This document shows positions 26,484-32,000 of a stretch of DNA of 32,000 bases, one piece after another. The notes beneath the pieces were generated by a model. It saw only the letters and a program-made list of their open reading frames with translations, had not been told where the DNA came from and searched no databases. Location of the stretch: NCBI RefSeq assembly GCF_000011805.1, contig NC_006840.2; one strand, given 5' to 3'. The stretch's first letter is position 1; every line of letters begins with the position of its first letter. The DNA comes from Aliivibrio fischeri ES114 (GTDB taxonomy: Bacteria; Pseudomonadota; Gammaproteobacteria; Enterobacterales; Vibrionaceae). The position numbers and the translations under genes were made by a program.

Positions 26484-26722
26484 CGCAGTGCCTCAAAAAA
26501 AGTAATAGATAGGAAGTAATTTTCCGCGACTATGAGGCTAAAGAGTAACCAAGTAAAACGAGTAATTTTTCTCGTAAAGATAAATTTTGCTAATGGAAAT
26601 ATAATGAAGAAATTAGTGAATGGCTTATCTCATTTATGCAACAAATGTGATCTTGATCTTATTTCTTAAAAGATAGATTATTGCGCCACATTTATTACAA
26701 GAAATAATTAAAGAGGTGTGTT

Positions 26723-27358
26723 TTGAACACTATTTTACGTCAGATTTTTAATCCTAAAAGAATGCTATCCTATTGTTTATTAGCTTTAATCCCTGCTATT
26801 GCATTTTATGCATTATCACTATTTGCTCTTAACAAGGCACTAGGTTTCACTCCTATGGAAGTGCTGAGAGACTTGGCACAACAAACAGAAGTGCACAGTT
26901 TCCGTGGGTTTCTTTCAAACATTGGTGTGTGGTTTTGGGTTGGCTCAATTTCAATTGCTTTTTTCAGCGCAATTTTTATTCAAAGTGGTAAGACGCAACG
27001 TTTACTTTTTCTAATGGGAACGCTGGCATCAATTTTAGCTGTTGATGATTTTTTCTTGATTCATGACCGATACGTAAATCAATATATTTGTTATTTCTTT
27101 TATGCTGTCGTTGCACTTGCCATTTTAGCGTTACATTACAAAGATATTATTGAAATAGATGGCTTCTCATTTTTACTGGCTGGTGGGTTGCTAGCAAGTT
27201 CTATTGGTACTGATGTGATTCAAGGTTATTTACCTTTTGGTTACGAAATTACTCAAATTTTTGAGGAAGGCTGTAAATTTGCAGGTGCGGTATCTTGGTT
27301 CTACTTTACTTGTGTTGTCGCATCATTTGGAGTGACAAGAGTTAAGAACCAAGCTTGA
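26723..27358 (+). CDS. hypothetical polytopic membrane protein
   Basis: 211-aa ORF with 5-6 hydrophobic segments. The start is uncertain (TTG 26723 or ATG 26762). I recognised no family. Confidence 0.5.
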   Translation: MNTILRQIFNPKRMLSYCLLALIPAIAFYALSLFALNKALGFTPMEVLRDLAQQTEVHSFRGFLSNIGVWFWVGSISIAFFSAIFIQSGKTQRLLFLMGTLASILAVDDFFLIHDRYVNQYICYFFYAVVALAILALHYKDIIEIDGFSFLLAGGLLASSIGTDVIQGYLPFGYEITQIFEEGCKFAGAVSWFYFTCVVASFGVTRVKNQA

Positions 27359-27366
27359 TAAGGATT

Positions 27367-27400
27367 GAGCAGTATTTAAATATGAATACTGCTCTTTTTT
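27367..27400. terminator. rho-independent terminator between convergent genes
   Basis: GAGCAGTATT-(8 nt)-AATACTGCTC perfect 10-bp stem followed by TTTTTT. Confidence 0.75.
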
Positions 27401-27407
27401 ATACAGA

Positions 27408-28265
27408 TTAAGATTGATGATGTCTTTTTTCTAATTTCTGATTAACAAGAAGCGCCAATAAAATTAAAGCACCGCCAATGCTTAGCCTTAGAATGTCAGC
27501 ATCTCGATTCCATATTAATAGATTAACTAAGATACCAGCAGGAATAAGTAGATTATTCATTACGGCTAAAACACCAACATTCACCAGTGTTGCACCTTTA
27601 TTCCACATAAAATACCCCATGCCTGATGCTATCACGCCAAGATAAATTAATACTCCCCACTGAACGGATGTTGTTGGCAGCTTTTCACTATTTCCGAATA
27701 ATAAATAGCAAGTACTGGCAACAATAAATGCACCTATAAAGAAGAAACCAAAAACCGTTTTTTGCTCAATTTCTTGATCTTTCATTAAACGTTTATAGCA
27801 AACTTGTCCTGTTGCAAAACAAAGGTTCGCACCTTGAACGAGTCCAAACCCTAATAAAAATCCTGCATCAATTCCATTATATCGAATGGCAATTGCACCT
27901 AGTGTTGCTATTACGGCACTGATCATAAAGTGCGAATGAAATTTACCTTCAAATGCATCATTTAATAAAGTGATATAAATAGGAGTCATTACAGTAAAAA
28001 GCAAAACTTCAGGAACGGTAAGATATAAGAAGGATTGATAGTAGAAGACGTACATTAATCCTAATTGAATCGCACCAATAGCCATTAATTTAAGCGCTGT
28101 ATTCAATGAGATATTTTTTGGGCGTAGAAAAGGAAGAAAAACTAAAGTAGCTAAACCAATACGCATTAGCACAGAAAACCAAGCATCAACTTGGCCAGCT
28201 AAATATACGCCGATAAGGCTAAATGAAAAAGCCCATAGTAGAGTAATTGAAAGTAAATATGACAT
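27408..28265 (-). CDS. DMT/EamA superfamily carboxylate-amino acid-amine transporter (YigM/BioP-like)
   Basis: 285 aa, 10 TM segments. It resembles E. coli YigM as I remember it: SITLLWAFSFSLIGVYLAG, LTVPEVLLFTVMTPIYITL, QWGVLIYLGVIASGMGYFMWNKGAT and NNLLIPAGILVNL. Confidence 0.8.
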   Translation of the reverse strand: MSYLLSITLLWAFSFSLIGVYLAGQVDAWFSVLMRIGLATLVFLPFLRPKNISLNTALKLMAIGAIQLGLMYVFYYQSFLYLTVPEVLLFTVMTPIYITLLNDAFEGKFHSHFMISAVIATLGAIAIRYNGIDAGFLLGFGLVQGANLCFATGQVCYKRLMKDQEIEQKTVFGFFFIGAFIVASTCYLLFGNSEKLPTTSVQWGVLIYLGVIASGMGYFMWNKGATLVNVGVLAVMNNLLIPAGILVNLLIWNRDADILRLSIGGALILLALLVNQKLEKRHHQS

Positions 28266-28335
28266 ATCTCATCTCGTAATAAAAACAATGTACGCATTCT
28301 AAATGAGATTTACTATCAGTAAAGGAAAAAGACAA

Positions 28336-28361
28336 ATAAAAAAGGCTGAAGAGTCAGCCTT
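28336..28361 (-). terminator. rho-independent terminator after the DUF333 lipoprotein gene
   Basis: On the minus strand, an AAGGCTGA-CTCT-TCAGCCTT hairpin is followed by TTTTTTATTT. Confidence 0.65.
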
Positions 28362-28385
28362 AATTATTTCTAGATGTTGTTCGTG

Positions 28386-28748
28386 TTATTTCTGGCTGCT
28401 ACGAAAGAAATCCCAAGCATTAACTTTCTCACCCGTCTTTAACACGCATGTGCTGTCATTTAAGTTGTATGTGCCTTCTTGCTCAACACAATATGTTGTG
28501 GCAGGATTTGGTTTGCCAATAGGCTTAGTCATGGATTGTTTATGGTTACGGTAGTATTCCCAAGCGTTAACTACATCGCCATTGCCAAGTGTACAGTTAC
28601 CTGTATCTAAGTCATAAGTTCCGCGCTCTGCACAAAATGTTGCTGCTGGATTGGTTGCATTTGCTTTAGTTGGTTCTGGAGTTTCAGATGAACTGCACGC
28701 AGCTAATGTTAATAGCATCGAAACCGTAATTACTGTTTTTTTAAGCAT
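28386..28748 (-). CDS. lipoprotein with two tandem DUF333 domains
   Basis: Lipobox LAAC. It contains an internal duplication: NPAATFCAERGTYDLDTGNCTLGNGDVVNAWEYYR and NPATTYCVEQEGTYNLNDSTCVLKTGEKVNAWDFFR. Each copy matches the DUF333 pattern NPAxxYC...G...C.L.dG....W.ffR. Confidence 0.75.
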   Translation of the reverse strand: MLKKTVITVSMLLTLAACSSSETPEPTKANATNPAATFCAERGTYDLDTGNCTLGNGDVVNAWEYYRNHKQSMTKPIGKPNPATTYCVEQEGTYNLNDSTCVLKTGEKVNAWDFFRSSQK

Positions 28749-28775
28749 TAGAGTGTCCTTTGAATTATGATGTTG

Positions 28776-29165
28776 TTATTGGCAATCTTGAGTCATGCTG
28801 CCTTGCTGAGCAGGTTGAGTCATTTGGTATTGACCTTTAAGGCTGCGATACACACGAGTATTCCAGACTTGGCCATCATCAAGCTCAAAATCAATCGCGT
28901 AATTAATGCCATTCACTACCTGAGTTTTTACATCTAATATTTGTTTAAGTTTAGCTGATGTATTCATCATACTTAAAACGTGCTCAACCGCTTCTTTTGC
29001 TTCTGGTGTTACGCTAGACGTGACCCAGCCACCAGCCATATTATTATCTACATTACAAATTGGATTGATATTATCTGATGAAATCGCTGGTGTTTTTTCT
29101 GATTGTATTGAACACCCTGCGATAAATAATGCTGAGGTTATTGCAATTACTACTGATTTATTCAT
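28776..29165 (-). CDS. cystatin-like lipoprotein
   Basis: ATG 29165 with GGAG upstream, and lipobox IAGC. The mature part shows the cystatin layout: a GG near the N-terminus (MAGGW), a helix, the QxVxG loop (TQVVNGINY) and a later Trp loop (GQVW). Confidence 0.55.
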   Translation of the reverse strand: MNKSVVIAITSALFIAGCSIQSEKTPAISSDNINPICNVDNNMAGGWVTSSVTPEAKEAVEHVLSMMNTSAKLKQILDVKTQVVNGINYAIDFELDDGQVWNTRVYRSLKGQYQMTQPAQQGSMTQDCQ

Positions 29166-29462
29166 GGTGACTCCATGTATGGTAAGAATTTTTCTTAAGT
29201 TTAATCTAATCCTTAAGAGACAGAATTCCAAACTAATCGTATTTTTTTAATCATTAATCTCATTTTCAATGCAGTTTTTTATCTCAAGTTAGATGTCTAA
29301 AGCATTTATTCATTATTTATCACCTCAATGAATGAGTGATTATTTTATGGCAGACTTCACATCTTTTTGTGTTTCTGGTTAAAGATATAGGGAAGGTTCT
29401 ATTATTTTGTAATAAACATTATTAGCATTGGTCGGTTGTTTCTAAATTGTAAATGGTTATTT

Positions 29463-31946
29463 ATGCTGCATAAGTCTGATAAAAGGCTGTTGACTTTTAT
29501 TTCGTTAATGCCGATTGCTTTAATTGGTATTTTTACTTTGGTTTTAAACGCGATTGTAATTCATGAGAATCAAACCAAAGTCGGCTCATTAATACAATCA
29601 TTATATTCGGATGCGCTTACGCAAGAAAAAGGTCGTGTAAAGCAGCAAGTTGATAGTATTTATGAGCAAATTATTTATGAAGACAATTTGGCTGAACAAA
29701 CACTAAAGAAATCAATTCAATATCGTATAGAGGATGCTTACAGTATTATTCATTTTATATATCAACAAAATGAAGAAAAAACCAAACCTGAAATAATAAA
29801 GTTAATAGCAGATGCTCTTCGTCAAACTCGTTTTAACGATGGTCGAGGTTACTTTTTTATCTATGACATGGATGGCACGAATTTAATGCATCCTATTTTT
29901 CCTGAATATGAAGGGAAGAATCTGATTAATTTTACGGATATTCACGGTAAAAGAGTCGTAGAAGATCATGTGAAAATGATGAGAGAAAAGGGAGAAGGTT
30001 TTAGTCAATGGTGGTACCCAAAACCAGATAATAAAGACGAAGCTTTTGAAAAAATAGGGTATGCAAAATACTTTGAACCATTAGATATTTATATTGGTAC
30101 AGGTGAATATGTTATTGATGTTGAAGAAGATATACAACAAATATTACTAGCATGGATATCTGAGGTTCGATATGGCGATGACGGTTATATATTTGTTTTT
30201 GACCATTCAGGTAATATCTTATCTCATCAAGATAAAAGTTTAATAAATACGAATATTTATAATAAAACGGATATTAATCCTTATGAATTTATGAATACGT
30301 TAAATTCAAAGTTTGATGATAATAACAGCCGCTTCTCTAAGTATTTAAATCGACTTGATGCATTTAATAATGGTTCTGATTCTCAGCTAAGCTATATAAA
30401 AAAATACGATAAATGGGATTGGGTGATCAGTGGTGGTGTTTACACTGATACAAATAAGCGTCTTCTAGAGAAAAAAGAAAAAATATTAATTCAGCAAAAT
30501 CAAGAAGAGTTGAAGAAAATACTATTATTAACATTAACTTTGGCGTTGATTCTTACTTTATTATCGTTGAGTGTTAGTAAATATGTTGCAATGCGCTTTA
30601 ATAAATTTCAGGACCGAATTTGTAATGATTTTAAAGTGTTAGAGAAAACAAAAAATAAAATGCAATACATGGCTCTACATGATGGATTAACGCAATTACC
30701 CAATAGGGTCATGCTAGAGTCAAGAATTGAAGAAGAAATTGTTAAAGCTCAGCAATCCGGAAAGATGATAGCTTTGATGTTTGTTGATTTAGATGACTTT
30801 AAAAAAGTAAATGATCATTATGGCCATGATGTTGGCGATAAGTTATTAACGTTAATTAGCTCGAGATTTAGTCACTTTATTGAAAAAGATGAAATAGTTG
30901 CACGTTTTGGCGGAGATGAATTTGTTTTTTGTTTTTCTAATTTAACGTCTCAACAAGATGCTGAGTTATGGGTTGAGAAGATTCAATCTGTTTTTGAAAA
31001 TGTTTTCTCTATAAACGGTAAAGAAATTACAACTGGATGTAGTATTGGGGTAGCAATGTACCCTAAGGATGCGACTTGTTCTTCTGAGCTTATTTCTAAA
31101 GCTGATATTGTGCTTTATAAATCAAAAGATGTTCATAAAGGTGCATCACTTTTCTTTGATAAAAGCATTGATGAGCAAGTGAGCTATGAATTTAGTTTAG
31201 AAGAAGAGCTAAAAAATGCGTTAGATAAGCGTGAGGTCACCTTAGTATATCAACCTCAAATTGATACTAAAACAGGTGAGATTTATGGTGTAGAGGTGCT
31301 TTCTCGATGGTGCAATAACAAATTAGGTTCTGTTTCTCCAGTTAAATTTATTGCTGTAGCAGAAGAAATAGGGATGATAGATCAGCTTGGCGATTTTGTT
31401 TTGCAGCAAGCGTGTGAAGATATTCAAGAAGTGATGCCCAATGGTACGAATGCCATTATGCTTTCAGTTAATATTTCACCTAAGCAGTTAATTAAAAAGG
31501 GATTTTTATCTCGTATTATGAAGATTGTTTCGAGAACAGGTATTGATGTGTCACGGATCACCTTCGAAATAACAGAAAATATTCTAATCAGTGATTTAAA
31601 AAGTGTATCACCTATTTTATTGGAACTACAGAAACTTGGCTTTGGTATTTCATTAGATGATTTTGGTACAGGTTATTCATCATTAAGCTATCTTAATATT
31701 TTACCGATTACAGAAATTAAGATTGATCGCTCTTTTGTAAGCAGTTTATTTACCAATGATCAAAGTGAATCTTTGATCAAAGCGATTATTGCTATCGGAG
31801 CTTCATGTCAAATGACGGTAGTGGCTGAAGGGGTTGAGACTAAAGAGCAATTAGAGAAATTAAAAGAGTACCAATGTGATTTGGTTCAAGGGTATTACTT
31901 AGATAAACCTCTTTCAATTAGTGAATTAAAAGCAAAATATGCATAA
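29463..31946 (+). CDS. membrane sensor with periplasmic double Cache-like domain plus GGDEF and EAL domains (c-di-GMP turnover)
   Basis: It has an N-terminal TM segment. Two Cache-type motifs are present (GRGYFFIYDMDGTNLMHP and DDGYIFVFDHSGNILSHQ), followed by a second TM segment. GGDEF is intact (RFGGDEFVF). The EAL domain has EVLSRW, DDFGTGYSSL, EGVET and QGY. I prefer ATG 29463 over the TTG at 29436. Confidence 0.9.
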   Translation: MLHKSDKRLLTFISLMPIALIGIFTLVLNAIVIHENQTKVGSLIQSLYSDALTQEKGRVKQQVDSIYEQIIYEDNLAEQTLKKSIQYRIEDAYSIIHFIYQQNEEKTKPEIIKLIADALRQTRFNDGRGYFFIYDMDGTNLMHPIFPEYEGKNLINFTDIHGKRVVEDHVKMMREKGEGFSQWWYPKPDNKDEAFEKIGYAKYFEPLDIYIGTGEYVIDVEEDIQQILLAWISEVRYGDDGYIFVFDHSGNILSHQDKSLINTNIYNKTDINPYEFMNTLNSKFDDNNSRFSKYLNRLDAFNNGSDSQLSYIKKYDKWDWVISGGVYTDTNKRLLEKKEKILIQQNQEELKKILLLTLTLALILTLLSLSVSKYVAMRFNKFQDRICNDFKVLEKTKNKMQYMALHDGLTQLPNRVMLESRIEEEIVKAQQSGKMIALMFVDLDDFKKVNDHYGHDVGDKLLTLISSRFSHFIEKDEIVARFGGDEFVFCFSNLTSQQDAELWVEKIQSVFENVFSINGKEITTGCSIGVAMYPKDATCSSELISKADIVLYKSKDVHKGASLFFDKSIDEQVSYEFSLEEELKNALDKREVTLVYQPQIDTKTGEIYGVEVLSRWCNNKLGSVSPVKFIAVAEEIGMIDQLGDFVLQQACEDIQEVMPNGTNAIMLSVNISPKQLIKKGFLSRIMKIVSRTGIDVSRITFEITENILISDLKSVSPILLELQKLGFGISLDDFGTGYSSLSYLNILPITEIKIDRSFVSSLFTNDQSESLIKAIIAIGASCQMTVVAEGVETKEQLEKLKEYQCDLVQGYYLDKPLSISELKAKYA

Positions 31947-32000
31947 AAGCTTTTTGTTTAGAATATTAAAAAAGAAAGAGCAGTGATAATACATCGCTGC

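Noticed and set aside
28303-28554. 83-aa plus-strand ORF overlapping the DUF333 lipoprotein gene
   Set aside because: It spans the terminator and runs antisense to a gene with a clear lipobox and an internal domain duplication.
29020-29250. 76-aa plus-strand ORF and the 22-codon upstream extension (29166-29231) of the cystatin-like gene
   Set aside because: The plus-strand ORF is antisense to the lipoprotein gene. The extension lacks a signal-peptide-compatible sequence, whereas ATG 29165 is preceded by GGAG and gives a proper lipoprotein signal.
31950-32000. Possible hairpin (GCAGTGAT...ATCGCTGC) at the extreme 3' end
   Set aside because: It runs into the window boundary, so I cannot see whether a T-tract follows.

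Overview
AT-rich gammaproteobacterial chromosomal segment. Gene content and order look Vibrionaceae-like (Aliivibrio, Vibrio or Photobacterium is my guess; I cannot verify it without a search). Positions 1-8.9 kb are conserved core: the 3' end of cydA, then cydB, cydX and ybgE, the ybgC-tolQRAB-pal-cpoB envelope operon, and nadA. Positions 8.9-10.5 kb hold a UPF0149/YecA-like gene, alaE and tRNA-Ser(GGA). Positions 10.5-15.5 kb look like a decayed tRNA-linked islet. It is bounded by a ~41-bp imperfect direct repeat, each copy being a terminator hairpin. It carries an integrase N-terminal remnant, a class-C-like serine hydrolase lipoprotein, a DCC/DUF393 thiol oxidoreductase, an SDR and an HflX-family GTPase. 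The most unusual part is 15.5-23 kb. An ECF sigma factor (SigZ type, Cys-containing tail) sits directly upstream of a tightly packed four-gene unit. That unit encodes a GshA-like glutamate-cysteine ligase, two MdlA/MdlB-like ABC half-transporters forming an asymmetric heterodimer, and a eukaryotic-type glutathione synthetase. This reads as a thiol-peptide synthesis-plus-export module. Positions 23-32 kb are miscellaneous accessory genes. They comprise a small membrane protein, a GNAT, an MDR enoyl/quinone reductase, a very acidic 105-aa protein, a YcaD-like MFS, an unknown membrane protein, a YigM-like DMT transporter, two adjacent lipoproteins (tandem DUF333; cystatin-like) and a Cache-GGDEF-EAL sensor. 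I saw no CRISPR array, rRNA, transposase or intact prophage. All homology statements come from my reading of the translated ORFs against remembered family motifs, not from database searches.
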